A stretch of 64,000 nt of DNA, from positions 512,001 through 576,000 of the forward strand of contig CAXXVS010000001.1 in the NCBI GenBank assembly GCA_963674755.2, in the 5' to 3' direction. The translations under genes and the position numbers were made by a program. Below, piece after piece: positions 37,463 through 47,355 of this stretch. Position 1 is the first letter of the stretch; every line of letters begins with the position of its first letter. The DNA is from Desulfobacterales bacterium (GTDB lineage Bacteria > Desulfobacterota > Desulfobacteria > Desulfobacterales > UBA5852). The notes beneath the pieces were generated by a model that searched no databases, was not told where the DNA came from, and saw nothing but the letters and a program-made list of their open reading frames with translations.

Positions 37463-39700
37463 ATGAACCATCTCCCGGCCGACAGCGATGCCCCCATGGC
37501 ATCCGCCCCTGACGAAGTGACCCTGCGGGGCCGTGTGGAGCACATCACCTTCCAGAACCCGGACACCCATTTCACCATCGCCCGTCTGCGGACCGATCCT
37601 GACGGCCACCGGGTGACGATCCTGGGCCATCTTCTGCTGTCCGGGCAGGGCGAGACCCTGGAGGTCAGCGGGCACTGGGAGCGGCATCCGCGCTTCGGCA
37701 CCCAGCTGAAGGTCGCCCGCTATCAGATCCTGCTACCGGATACCATTGACGGCATCCGGCGCTATCTGGCCTCGGGCGTCATTCCCGGAGTCGGCCCCAA
37801 GCTCGTGGAGCGTCTGGTGCGGCATTTCGGCGCGGACCTGCTGGCGGTGATCGAAACGCGCCCCCGGGAATTGACCCGGGTGCGGGGAGTCGGTCCCCAA
37901 ACCGCCGCACGGATCGAAGAGGGCTGGAACACCCACCACGCCGCACGCCTATTGATGCAGTTTTTGCAGGACAACGGCTTGAAGCCGGCCTATTGCGGAC
38001 GGATCCTCAAGGCGCTGGGCGAGGACGCCCTGACATTGTTGCAGGAAGACCCGTACAGCGTCGTGGACGAACTGCCGGGCATCGGCTTCATGGTGGCCGA
38101 TGCCATAGCGCGCAATCAGGGGTTGCCGGCCGAAGATCCGCGGCGCATCCGGGCCTGCATCGGTTATTTGCTGGAACAGGCCGCGGCCGAGGGACATGTC
38201 TTCCTTCCGGAAAGCCATCTGCTGGAACGCAGCCACGCGCTTTTCGAGATCGCTCCGGATGACCTGGCGGCCGTGCTGGACGCCATGGCGCGGGATCGCG
38301 CCCTCCACGTCAGCGATGGCGGGGATGACACCGGCCGCCGGCTTTACACCATGGCGCTCTATGAGGCCGAACGGGGCCTGGCCCGGCGCTTGAACGCGAT
38401 GTTAGCGTTGCCCCTGCCGGCGACCGAATTCGCACCCGATGTCATCGAGGCCACGGTCACCAGGCGCCTGGCCATTCATCCCTCGCCTGCCCAGCAGGCC
38501 GTCCTCCAAGGGGTTCTGGGTCACCGGGTGGCGGTGATGACCGGCGGACCGGGCACGGGCAAGACCACCTTGATCCGGTCCCTCTACACCCTTTACCACG
38601 CCCAGGGCCGTTCGGTCTGTCTGGCCGCCCCCACCGGGCGGGCCGCCCGCCGTCTGTCCGAGGTAACCCGGCGGCCGGCGGCCACGCTGCACAAGCTGTT
38701 GGGGTACAATCCCTCCGCCGGGGAATTTGAAAAGGATCAGGACGATCCCATCGATGCGGATGTCTTCATCGTGGATGAGGCCTCCATGGTGGATACCCTG
38801 CTGATGGCGCAGTTTCTCAAAGCCGTGCCCCTGACATCCGTCCTGATCCTGGTGGGGGATGTCTTCCAGTTGCCTTCGGTGGGACCGGGCAATGTTCTCC
38901 ATGATATCATCGCGTCCCAGCGGCCGGCGATCTACCATCTCAAGGAGATTTTTCGTCAGGCCGAGGAAAGCCCCATCATCCTAAACGCCCACCGGGTCCG
39001 CGACGGTCAACAGCCCGACCTGGAGGCCGGCCGCGAATTGGATATCCTGGCCCCCTTCCATTTTATCGAAGCCGCCCGCATGGAAACCGTGGTCCGGACC
39101 ATCGTCGAGCTTTGCGCCCACTGGATTCCGGACCAGTACGGGATGGATCCCATAGACGACATCCAGGTGCTGACCCCGGTGCACAAGGGGGAAGCGGGCA
39201 CCATCAATCTCAATCAGGTGCTCCAGAAACGCCTCAATCCTGACCGGCGGAAGAACGCCGTGGGATTTCACCCGGGGGACAAGGTTATGCACCTGCGCAA
39301 CAATTACGGCAAAGAGGTCTTCAACGGGGATATCGGCCGGATCACGGAGGTGGCGGCGGCCCGGGAGCGCCTGAGCGTGGATTTCGACGGGCGGGAGGTT
39401 TGCTACGATTTTTCCGAGTTGAGCGAGTTGACCCTGGCCTACGCCATATCGGTACATAAATCCCAGGGGTCGGAATATCCGGCCGTGGTCGTGCCGCTGC
39501 TCACCCAGCACTATGTGATGCTGCAACGCAACCTGCTTTACACGGCCATTACACGGGGGAAAAGGCTGGTGGTTATCGTGGGCCGCCGGCGGGCGCTGGA
39601 AATCGCTTTGCAGAACGATCGCCCCCGGCAGCGCCTGTCCTATCTGAGGCAGCGGCTGGCATCCGGTGGAAACCTCGACGGTGGCGGATTTCCGGTCTAG
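37463..39700 (+). CDS. recD2: RecD2 (RecD-like) ATP-dependent DNA helicase
   Basis: N-terminal OB/HhH region; TGGPGTGKTT, APTGRAA, VDEASMVD, FNGDIG and AYAISVHKSQGSE motifs. Confidence 0.92.
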   Translation: MNHLPADSDAPMASAPDEVTLRGRVEHITFQNPDTHFTIARLRTDPDGHRVTILGHLLLSGQGETLEVSGHWERHPRFGTQLKVARYQILLPDTIDGIRRYLASGVIPGVGPKLVERLVRHFGADLLAVIETRPRELTRVRGVGPQTAARIEEGWNTHHAARLLMQFLQDNGLKPAYCGRILKALGEDALTLLQEDPYSVVDELPGIGFMVADAIARNQGLPAEDPRRIRACIGYLLEQAAAEGHVFLPESHLLERSHALFEIAPDDLAAVLDAMARDRALHVSDGGDDTGRRLYTMALYEAERGLARRLNAMLALPLPATEFAPDVIEATVTRRLAIHPSPAQQAVLQGVLGHRVAVMTGGPGTGKTTLIRSLYTLYHAQGRSVCLAAPTGRAARRLSEVTRRPAATLHKLLGYNPSAGEFEKDQDDPIDADVFIVDEASMVDTLLMAQFLKAVPLTSVLILVGDVFQLPSVGPGNVLHDIIASQRPAIYHLKEIFRQAEESPIILNAHRVRDGQQPDLEAGRELDILAPFHFIEAARMETVVRTIVELCAHWIPDQYGMDPIDDIQVLTPVHKGEAGTINLNQVLQKRLNPDRRKNAVGFHPGDKVMHLRNNYGKEVFNGDIGRITEVAAARERLSVDFDGREVCYDFSELSELTLAYAISVHKSQGSEYPAVVVPLLTQHYVMLQRNLLYTAITRGKRLVVIVGRRRALEIALQNDRPRQRLSYLRQRLASGGNLDGGGFPV

Positions 39701-40113
39701 TCCTCTTCGGGAGGGGGCGGGACGGGCAGCTTGACGAAATCGACGCCTTCTTCCCGCAGCGTTTTTTCTTCCTGTCGGGTACTGACACCCCGGATGTTGC
39801 GGGGTTCCGCGGCGCCATAATGGATTTTAAGGGCTTCCTTGGCAAAATCCGGGCCGACGTTGTCGAAATTTTTATCGACAAAATCATAGATTTGACGGCC
39901 CAGGGCCTTCAGGCCGGCCATGTCCGGAGCGGGGCTATGCGCGGCCGGACGCGATTTGATGGCGAAGGTCGAGGGCCGGCGGCACACGCCCGCGTCGTTG
40001 CAGACCGGGCAGGTCACAAGCCCCTTTTTCTTCTGCTTCTGGTAAGCCTTGGCATCTTCGAACCAGCCTTCGAAGGTGTGGCCATTGGGGCATATCAAGT
40101 CGTAAGCAATCAT
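39697..40113 (-). CDS. DUF1178 family protein
   Basis: MIAYDLICPNGHTFEGWF...CPVC...NVGPDFAKEALKIHYG...RNIRG. Confidence 0.88.
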   Translation of the reverse strand: MIAYDLICPNGHTFEGWFEDAKAYQKQKKKGLVTCPVCNDAGVCRRPSTFAIKSRPAAHSPAPDMAGLKALGRQIYDFVDKNFDNVGPDFAKEALKIHYGAAEPRNIRGVSTRQEEKTLREEGVDFVKLPVPPPPEED

Positions 40114-40351
40114 GGCATCGGGGCCTTGGCGGTTTTCTTCATTGCGGTACAAACCGTGTACCACACTGCCCCGACGCCTATCACAGAGGGGAAAAAAATT
40201 AAAGTTATTATTGACATATGGGACATTTTCTAATCAATATAAGGAGATATTTGGATAAGGGAATATGCGGCCTTATCCGGTTTGAAAGACCAGCGGCCGC
40301 CATGGGCAGTGCAACGCTGGCAGGATTTGGCAACAAGGAGAATTTAGACGC

Positions 40352-40972
40352 ATGTTGAGAAGTCATCTTAAGCGGAACGCAGCACGCGCAAGTCGCCAGG
40401 GGATGCGAGGTCTTCTCCTCGGAATCGCGATCGTGTTGTTTCTTTCGGCAACGGTCGCCTGGGCGGAAACGGTTTATGTGGATGATAAACTGACGATCAC
40501 CTTCCGCAGCGGCCCCGGGATGGATCGCAAGATCATAGAGTACCTGACGACGGGCGACCATATGGAGTTGCTCCAAGATGGCGAGGAGTGGGCGCTCGTG
40601 CGGTTGCCGGACGGCCAAGAGGGCTGGGTCATGAAACAGTACATCACCAAGACCAAACCCAGCACGATGCAGGTTGCGGATCTGCAGCAAGCGAACAGCA
40701 ACCTTACCTCCCGGTCAGATGAATTGGCCAAGGAAAACGAAACCCTCAAGGCGACCAACCAGAAGGTGAACGCGGCCCTCGCGGAGAAGACCAAGGCCTT
40801 GGCCGACCTTACCACGGAGTTCAACGACCTCAAGCAATCATCGGATGCCAGCTCGTTTCAGATGCGCAAGTATCTGATTTTCTTTTTCAGCGGCGCCGGC
40901 ATCCTGTTTATCGGTATCCTGCTGGGTCTGGTCATGAAGCGCCAACGGCGTAAATCCATGTATATGATTTAG
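40352..40972 (+). CDS. SH3 domain-containing membrane protein (TIGR04211/YgiM-like)
   Basis: Signal peptide, ETVYVDD..RSGPG..GWV SH3b domain, coiled coil and C-terminal TM helix followed by basic residues. Confidence 0.85.
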   Translation: MLRSHLKRNAARASRQGMRGLLLGIAIVLFLSATVAWAETVYVDDKLTITFRSGPGMDRKIIEYLTTGDHMELLQDGEEWALVRLPDGQEGWVMKQYITKTKPSTMQVADLQQANSNLTSRSDELAKENETLKATNQKVNAALAEKTKALADLTTEFNDLKQSSDASSFQMRKYLIFFFSGAGILFIGILLGLVMKRQRRKSMYMI

Positions 40973-41082
40973 CATTCGGACGCGCCTGACCGCCTTTTCC
41001 GACGGCGGGACCGCTCCCTTCCAAGAGCGTGCGTTGCATCCGGTATACCACCCTATCCCCTGACTGACGGTCGTGACAGCTG

Positions 41083-42714
41083 ATGAAAGCACATGAATCC
41101 GATTTCCTGATTATCGGCAGTGGGGTTGCCGGTCTTCTGTTTGCCCTCGATACCGCCCAGGTCGGCCGGGTCGCTCTGGTCACCAAAAAAGAGGCCATGG
41201 AGAGCAATACCAACCATGCCCAGGGGGGGATCGCCGCCGTGCTCGACGGCAATGATTCCTTCGACCTCCACATCCAGGACACCCTGGCCTCGGGCGCCGG
41301 TCTTTGTCATTCCGAAGTGGTGCGCCTGGTGGTCGAGGAGGGGCCGGCGCGCATCAAGGAGCTGGTCCAGCTGGGGGTATCCTTCAGCCAGGGCACCAGC
41401 GCCCCGGCGGAAACCTTCGATCTGGGGCGTGAAGGGGGCCATTCCCGCAACCGGATCGTCCACACCCAGGACATGACGGGCCGGGAGGTGGAGCGGGCCC
41501 TGCTTGCGCAGGTCCGGGAGCACCCCAACATCGAGCTGTTCGAAAACCACATCGCTGTGGACCTCATTACCCACTCCACCCGCATGAAACGCGGCCTGGT
41601 GACCACGACCCACGAGGAACATTGCTGCGGGGCCTATGTGCTGGACCGGGAAGCCCACCAGGTGTGCCCCTTCGTGGCCCGCATCGTATTGCTGGCCACG
41701 GGCGGAGCCGGCAAGGTCTATCTTTACACCAGCAATCCCGACATCGCCACCGGGGACGGGCTGGCCATGGCCTACCGGGCTGGTGCCACCCTGGCCAACC
41801 TGGAATTCGTGCAGTTCCACCCCACCTGCCTCTACCACCCCGAGGCCAAGAATTTTCTGATTTCCGAAGCCGTGCGCGGGGAAGGGGCCCTGCTGATCGA
41901 TGCCCGCGGCAACCGCTTTATGGAGCACTACGATCCGGCCCGGGAGCTGGCCTGCCGGGATGTGGTGGCCCGGGCCATCGACACCGAGCTTAAAAAGAGC
42001 GGGGACGATGCGGTTTTTCTGGATATTTCCGGAAAAGAGGCCGATTTTATCCGGAAGCGGTTTCCCAACCTGTACGAAAATTGCCTGAATTTCGGCATCG
42101 ACATGACCCGGGATCCCATACCCGTGGTTCCGGCGGCCCACTATATGTGCGGCGGCGTGGTGACCGACACCGAAGGCCGCACGGACATCCGCCAGCTTTA
42201 CGCCGTGGGCGAGACCGCCTGCACCGGCCTGCACGGTGCCAACCGCCTGGCCAGCAATTCGCTGCTGGAGGCCTTGGTTTATGCCCGCCGGGCGGCCCGC
42301 CAGGCCATCCAGGAATTCCAGTCCGGTGCGCTTGCGGCCATGCCGGAGCCGCCCGGTTGGGATGAGGTGGGCACATCGGACAGCGACGAGCGGATCATGG
42401 TCTCCCAGAACTGGGATGAGATCCGCCGCTTCATGTGGAGCTATGTGGGCATCGTGCGCTCGGACAAGCGCCTGGAGCGCGCCCGGCGGCGCATCGAGAT
42501 GATCCAGCAGGAAATCCGCGACTACTACTGGAATTTCAAGGTGACCGCGGACCTCATCGAGCTGCGCAACATCGCCATGGTGGCCGAACTCATCATCCGC
42601 AGCGCCTCCCACCGCAAGGAAAGCCGCGGCCTGCACTACAACATCCTCTACCCCGAGCGCGACGACCAGCGCTGGCAAAAGGACACCATTTTGCGGCGGC
42701 CTATCGTGGGATAA
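41083..42714 (+). CDS. nadB: L-aspartate oxidase
   Basis: IIGSGVAG, AQGGIA, EGGHS, FVQFHPT, SEAVRGEG, HYMCGG, GLHGANRLASNSLLE and ESRGLH motifs. Confidence 0.95.
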   Translation: MKAHESDFLIIGSGVAGLLFALDTAQVGRVALVTKKEAMESNTNHAQGGIAAVLDGNDSFDLHIQDTLASGAGLCHSEVVRLVVEEGPARIKELVQLGVSFSQGTSAPAETFDLGREGGHSRNRIVHTQDMTGREVERALLAQVREHPNIELFENHIAVDLITHSTRMKRGLVTTTHEEHCCGAYVLDREAHQVCPFVARIVLLATGGAGKVYLYTSNPDIATGDGLAMAYRAGATLANLEFVQFHPTCLYHPEAKNFLISEAVRGEGALLIDARGNRFMEHYDPARELACRDVVARAIDTELKKSGDDAVFLDISGKEADFIRKRFPNLYENCLNFGIDMTRDPIPVVPAAHYMCGGVVTDTEGRTDIRQLYAVGETACTGLHGANRLASNSLLEALVYARRAARQAIQEFQSGALAAMPEPPGWDEVGTSDSDERIMVSQNWDEIRRFMWSYVGIVRSDKRLERARRRIEMIQQEIRDYYWNFKVTADLIELRNIAMVAELIIRSASHRKESRGLHYNILYPERDDQRWQKDTILRRPIVG

Positions 42715-42975
42715 TAACCACCCCCTGACTGTCGGTTAAAAAGCCCGTATGCTTTTGCGGGCAAAGTGGTTTATCGCATGCTTTTCCAATGCCGGACGAC
42801 GGCGCGCTCAATAGCGTTGATCGCAGGCATCGTGTGCCGGTGCCTTCTTTGCTATCGATATCGCAAATGGCGTTCACATTTTTTTTGCCCAGGGATAATT
42901 GCATAAAACCCTGCGGGCTGTGCAATCGGCGGGTGGCCAATCTGGTAACTGTTTGAAATTAAACAGTTCAATGCC

Positions 42976-42991
42976 TGGTATGGAAATTGCT
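42976..42991 (+). promoter_or_regulatory. Sigma54 (-24/-12) promoter of the phospholipid operon
   Basis: TGGTATGGAAATTGCT (GG-N10-GC); AT-rich palindrome AACTGTTT-N6-AAACAGTT (42947-42968, IHF-like) just upstream. Confidence 0.7.
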
Positions 42992-43076
42992 GCCGGTTAG
43001 CCCCATGAGCCATTGCCGCTGCAGCCCAACCATTGCGGTGCTGATGGGAAATCTTCCATTTGAACAGGTGAACGCT

Positions 43077-43682
43077 ATGCCGACCATTTATGACCTAAAA
43101 CCCCACTTCCAGACGGTGCTCCGCCCCATTGCAGACCGCTTGGCAAAAGGCGGCATTACGCCAAACCAAATTACGATTGCCGCCCTGCTTCTTTCCATAG
43201 GCACAGGACTGCTGGTTGCCCTGGCGGCCAGGCATGGACGGCTCCTACTGCTGGTCCCGGGGGTGCTTTTGGCCCGCATGGCGCTGAACGCCATTGACGG
43301 CATGCTGGCCCGGGAGCATGCCATGCAGACGTCTTTGGGAGCCGTCTTGAACGAACTGGGCGATGTCGTTTCAGATGCTGTCCTCTACCTGCCCTTTGCG
43401 TTCATTCCCGGGATCAACGCAGTCCTGGTGGTCATCCTGGTGGTGCTGGCCATGGTGAGTGAGATGGCCGGGGTGGTGGCGGTCCAGATCGGCGCGCCAC
43501 GCCGTTACGACGGTCCCTTGGGAAAGAGTGACCGGGCTTTCCTGTTCGGTCTTATCGCTTTGATTCTGGGATTGGGGTTCAGGTTTTATGTGATCGCCAA
43601 TCTCGCTTTGGCCGTCGCGTTGGTCCTTTCGCTGGTGACCATCAAAAACCGCGTTCAACATGCGCTGCAGGAGGTATCGTGA
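43077..43682 (+). CDS. CDP-alcohol phosphatidyltransferase family protein (YnbA-like)
   Basis: IYDLKPHFQ, TPNQIT, RMALNAIDGMLARE...GAVLNELGDVVSD and GPLGKSDRAF motifs. Confidence 0.9.
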   Translation: MPTIYDLKPHFQTVLRPIADRLAKGGITPNQITIAALLLSIGTGLLVALAARHGRLLLLVPGVLLARMALNAIDGMLAREHAMQTSLGAVLNELGDVVSDAVLYLPFAFIPGINAVLVVILVVLAMVSEMAGVVAVQIGAPRRYDGPLGKSDRAFLFGLIALILGLGFRFYVIANLALAVALVLSLVTIKNRVQHALQEVS

Positions 43683-44620
43683 ACACACCGCATATGAGCC
43701 CTGTCATCCTGTGGTCGCTGGGAGGCCTGTTCGGAATTCTCATTGCGGCCACAGCGATCTATTTTTTCCTCAAGCGAACCCGCCCAACCGCCGATTTTGC
43801 CGAAATCGGCCTGCGCATCCGCTCCTGGTGGATAATGGTTTTCGTTTTCTCCCTGGCCATGCTGCTGAGCCGGAACGTCTCCCTTTGCTTCTTCGCTTTC
43901 ATCAGTTTTTTAGCGCTAAAGGAATATTTGTCCATCATTCCCACTCGGCGGGCGGACCGTCGCGTGCTTCTTTGGGCCTACCTGGCGATCCCAGTGCAGT
44001 ATTTTTGGGCCGGTATCGCCTGGTATGGTATGTTCATCATCTTCATCCCGGTCTATGTCTTCCTGTTCCTTCCGCTGTGCATGGTGAATGTCGGCGAAAC
44101 GCGGGATTTCCTGCGTTCCGCCGGAACCTTGCACTGGGGTCTGATGACGATGGTGTTTAGCATCAGCCATATGGCCTATCTATTGGTGCTGCCGCCTGTC
44201 GCGGCTTCGGGGGCGGGAGGTTCCGGGCTGCTGCTTTACCTGGTTTTTTTAACCCAGTCCAACGATGTTGCCCAATTTCTCTGGGGCAAGTCCCTGGGGA
44301 GGCGCAAGATTGTTCCCAACGTCAGTCCGAACAAGACCTTGGAGGGCTTTCTGGGCGGCGTCGCAACCACCACCTTTCTGGCGGTTCTCTTGAGCGGCTT
44401 GCTCACCCCTCTGAACTTCCCCCTGGCCCTGCTGGCCGGGATTCTGATCAGTATGGCCGGTTTTGTGGGAGACGTCACAATATCGGCCATCAAACGTGAT
44501 ATCGGTGTCAAGGACAGCGGCAACCTGCTGCCCGGGCATGGGGGTATCCTAGACCGGATCGACAGTTTGACCTACTCGGCGCCCCTCTTTTTTCACTTTA
44601 TTCACTATCTATACTACTGA
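43679..44620 (+). CDS. Phosphatidate cytidylyltransferase (YnbB-like)
   Basis: RIRSWW, NDVAQFLWGK, SPNKTLEG and SAIKRDIGVKDSGNLLPGHGGILDRIDSL motifs; overlaps the upstream stop. Confidence 0.92.
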   Translation: MNTPHMSPVILWSLGGLFGILIAATAIYFFLKRTRPTADFAEIGLRIRSWWIMVFVFSLAMLLSRNVSLCFFAFISFLALKEYLSIIPTRRADRRVLLWAYLAIPVQYFWAGIAWYGMFIIFIPVYVFLFLPLCMVNVGETRDFLRSAGTLHWGLMTMVFSISHMAYLLVLPPVAASGAGGSGLLLYLVFLTQSNDVAQFLWGKSLGRRKIVPNVSPNKTLEGFLGGVATTTFLAVLLSGLLTPLNFPLALLAGILISMAGFVGDVTISAIKRDIGVKDSGNLLPGHGGILDRIDSLTYSAPLFFHFIHYLYY

Positions 44621-45279
44621 TGGTCGTCATGAACCTCATCAACCGGTTGTTGCGTTACGTATTCTACCGGGTCGTCGTACGCCTGGTGGTGCTGATCGTC
44701 TTGGGCCTGAATGTGCGCCACCGTGAACGTCTCCCTCAAAAAGGACCCGCCATCGTGGTGGCCAACCACAACAGCCACCTGGATACGATGGTTCTCATCA
44801 CGCTTTTGCCGGCCCGCCTGCTCAGCAAGATCCAGCCCGTGGCTGCCGCCGACTATTTTCTGGCCACCCCCCGCAAAGCCTGGTTCGCTCTGAATATCGT
44901 CGGCATCCTGCCCATCAAACGTCAGCGAAAAACCCCGGACGAGGACCTGCTGGCGCCCTGCTACAAGGCTTTGGAAGAAGGGCGGGTCTTAATTTTTTTT
45001 CCCGAAGGCAGTCGGGGGGAATCCGAACGGCTGGCTGCCTTCAGAGGCGGGATCGCCAAACTGGCCAAGCGTTTTCCAGAGGTTCCGGTGACGCCGGTTT
45101 TGCTGCACGGTTTGGGCAAGGCGTTGCCCAAAGGCGAGAAACTTTTGGTCCCGTTTTTCTGTGATGTCTTTGTCGGGGAACCCCTCTTCGGGACGAAAGA
45201 CCGCGGGAGTTTCATCCATCAACTGGAATCGCGCATGGCCGAGCTTTCCCAGGAAGGGGTTTTTCCGCCCTGGGAGTAG
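44620..45279 (+). CDS. 1-acyl-sn-glycerol-3-phosphate (lysophospholipid) acyltransferase
   Basis: NHNSHLD (HX4D) and FPEGSRG motifs; overlaps the upstream stop. Confidence 0.92.
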   Translation: MVVMNLINRLLRYVFYRVVVRLVVLIVLGLNVRHRERLPQKGPAIVVANHNSHLDTMVLITLLPARLLSKIQPVAAADYFLATPRKAWFALNIVGILPIKRQRKTPDEDLLAPCYKALEEGRVLIFFPEGSRGESERLAAFRGGIAKLAKRFPEVPVTPVLLHGLGKALPKGEKLLVPFFCDVFVGEPLFGTKDRGSFIHQLESRMAELSQEGVFPPWE

Positions 45280-45385
45280 GCCCAATAAAACCAATTCTAA
45301 GGGACTGGATCTGCGTTGGTTTTCCATGGACCAAAAGAGGTCGCAGGAATGCAACGCATTCCTGGTGGGACGGCAGGTTCTTGGC

Positions 45386-46336
45386 CTAATACCCCGCCGC
45401 AGTGTCGACCACATTTATCATTTTGCCAGAGCCCGACAGGTAGACCTCTATATTGTGCTCGATGATCGCCATGGCGCGCGCCATGTAGTGGGGTGAAACC
45501 CCGCAGATGTGGGGCGTCAGGATGACGTTCTCAAGGTCCCACAGGGGGCTTTCGGCGGGCAGCGGTTCTGTCTCGTAAACGTCGCTGACCAGGGCCTTGA
45601 TGCGGTGGCGGCGCAGGGCATCGATTAGATCCGTTTCGTTGACTGTCGTGCCGCGGCCCATGTTGATGAAGCTGGCCGTGGGTTTCATCGCCTCGAAGAA
45701 GCGGCGGTCGATCATCTTTTCCGTGCCCGGCGTGGCGGGCAGCAGGTTGATGACGTAATCGCTTTGCCGGAATACGAGGGCCATGTCCTCGGGGCCATAG
45801 ACCGTATCCACATCTGTCAGCGGCACAGGGGTGCGTTTGACGCCGATTACGCGCATGCCCATGAAAGCTGCCTTGCGGGCGATTTCGCGTCCGACGGCCC
45901 TCAGTCCGATGATGCCGACGGTCGCGCCGCTGATCTCCTCCTGGGGGACCGCGCGCGCCCATTTTTTTTGCATCTGGTTGCGGAACATAAAATGGAAGCC
46001 GCGTGCCAGGTTGATCATGGCCGCGATGGCATATTCGGCCATGTGGATGGTGTGGATGCCGCGTCCGTTGGTGAGGCGAATGCCCCGGCGGGCGATTTCC
46101 GCCAGGGGCAGGGCATCCACCCCGGCGGTGATGGCCTGTACCCATTTGAGCTGCGGGGCCGCATCGATCATTTTGCGATTGCCATGCAGGAAAATCAGCA
46201 GGATTTCGGTTACCGGCAAATAGTCGAAGACCTTGTCGCGATCCGTGCAGCGCATCCATGCGACTTGCGGATAGTGCTGTTCGAGCCGTGCCAGATCGGC
46301 ATCCGGCAGGTCAAAATGGATCAGAGCATGAGGCAT
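45386..46336 (-). CDS. D-2-hydroxyacid dehydrogenase family protein
   Basis: AGVD, TNGRG, FINMGRG, DVYETEPLP and ILTPH motifs; Rossmann motif reads GLRAVG. Confidence 0.9.
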   Translation of the reverse strand: MPHALIHFDLPDADLARLEQHYPQVAWMRCTDRDKVFDYLPVTEILLIFLHGNRKMIDAAPQLKWVQAITAGVDALPLAEIARRGIRLTNGRGIHTIHMAEYAIAAMINLARGFHFMFRNQMQKKWARAVPQEEISGATVGIIGLRAVGREIARKAAFMGMRVIGVKRTPVPLTDVDTVYGPEDMALVFRQSDYVINLLPATPGTEKMIDRRFFEAMKPTASFINMGRGTTVNETDLIDALRRHRIKALVSDVYETEPLPAESPLWDLENVILTPHICGVSPHYMARAMAIIEHNIEVYLSGSGKMINVVDTAAGY

Positions 46337-46431
46337 TCGCTACTCTCCTCTTATTGTTCTGAATTGCCAAAACAGAAATTTACCATGAAGAACATGAAGG
46401 CCTTAATATTGAGGTTTTTGGCCTTCGCTCA

Positions 46432-47343
46432 TCACAGTTCCTCGGGCACGAAGGCGGTCACATCGTCGATGGTCAGGGTGTCGGCCAAGAGCATCACCAG
46501 GCGGTCCACTCCCAGGGCGTTGCCGGTGGCGGGGGGCATCATTGCCAGATCCGCCAGAAAGCGTTCCGGCAGGGGGGTGGCCGGGCGGCCGGCCTGTTGC
46601 CGTAGCTGCAATTCCTGCTGAAAGCGCTGCCGTTGCTCCGCCGGATCGGCCAACTCGCTGAACCCGTTGCACAATTCGATACCCCCGATATAGAGCTCGA
46701 AACGCTCGGCCCGGTCGGGCCGGTCCGGCTTCAGGCGGGCCAGGGCCGCGCAGGGGGCCGGATAGTCGTAAAGCAAGACCGGGCGCTCCCAGCCCAGGCG
46801 AGGCTCGATTTCCAGGCCGACGATCTCGTCGAAGCGGCCCGCGGCGAGGGCCTCCTCGGGCGTGGTGCCGGCGAAAATCCGAAAGGCCTCCTCCACGGCC
46901 AGGCGTTCGAAAGGGCCCGCTATATCGATGGCCCGTCCCTGGAAGGATAAACAGCCATCGCGGTCCAGGGCGTGGGCCACGTGCTTCACCAGGGCCTCGG
47001 TCTGGTCCATCATGTGCCGGTAGTCCCGGTGGGCGGTATACCATTCCAACAGGGTGAATTCGCAAAGGTGGCGCCGGCCGCGCTCACCCCGGCGGAAGCA
47101 ACGGCAGAGCTGGAAGAGGCGCGGATAGCCGGCCGCCAGAAGCCGTTTCATGCACAATTCGGGCGAGGTCTGCAGAAAGGCGTCGCCGGCCGGTTCGGGG
47201 TCGATATGGGCTTCCGGGGCAGGGGCGGGTATCCGAATGGGGGTTTCGACGTCAAGATAGTCGTGGGTTTCGAAAAAAGAGCGTATGGCTTGCTGCACTT
47301 GGGATCTTAACCGCAGGGCGGTCTTAAGCGTCGCTTGGCGCAT
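46432..47343 (-). CDS. epmA: EF-P lysine aminoacylase (EpmA/GenX/PoxA)
   Basis: LysRS catalytic-domain paralog without an anticodon domain: LQTSPELCMKRLLAAG, FRRGE...EFTLLEWY, RFELYIGGIELCNGFSEL and GNALGVDRL motifs. Confidence 0.92.
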   Translation of the reverse strand: MRQATLKTALRLRSQVQQAIRSFFETHDYLDVETPIRIPAPAPEAHIDPEPAGDAFLQTSPELCMKRLLAAGYPRLFQLCRCFRRGERGRRHLCEFTLLEWYTAHRDYRHMMDQTEALVKHVAHALDRDGCLSFQGRAIDIAGPFERLAVEEAFRIFAGTTPEEALAAGRFDEIVGLEIEPRLGWERPVLLYDYPAPCAALARLKPDRPDRAERFELYIGGIELCNGFSELADPAEQRQRFQQELQLRQQAGRPATPLPERFLADLAMMPPATGNALGVDRLVMLLADTLTIDDVTAFVPEEL

Positions 47344-47355
47344 GGTCGCCTCGGA

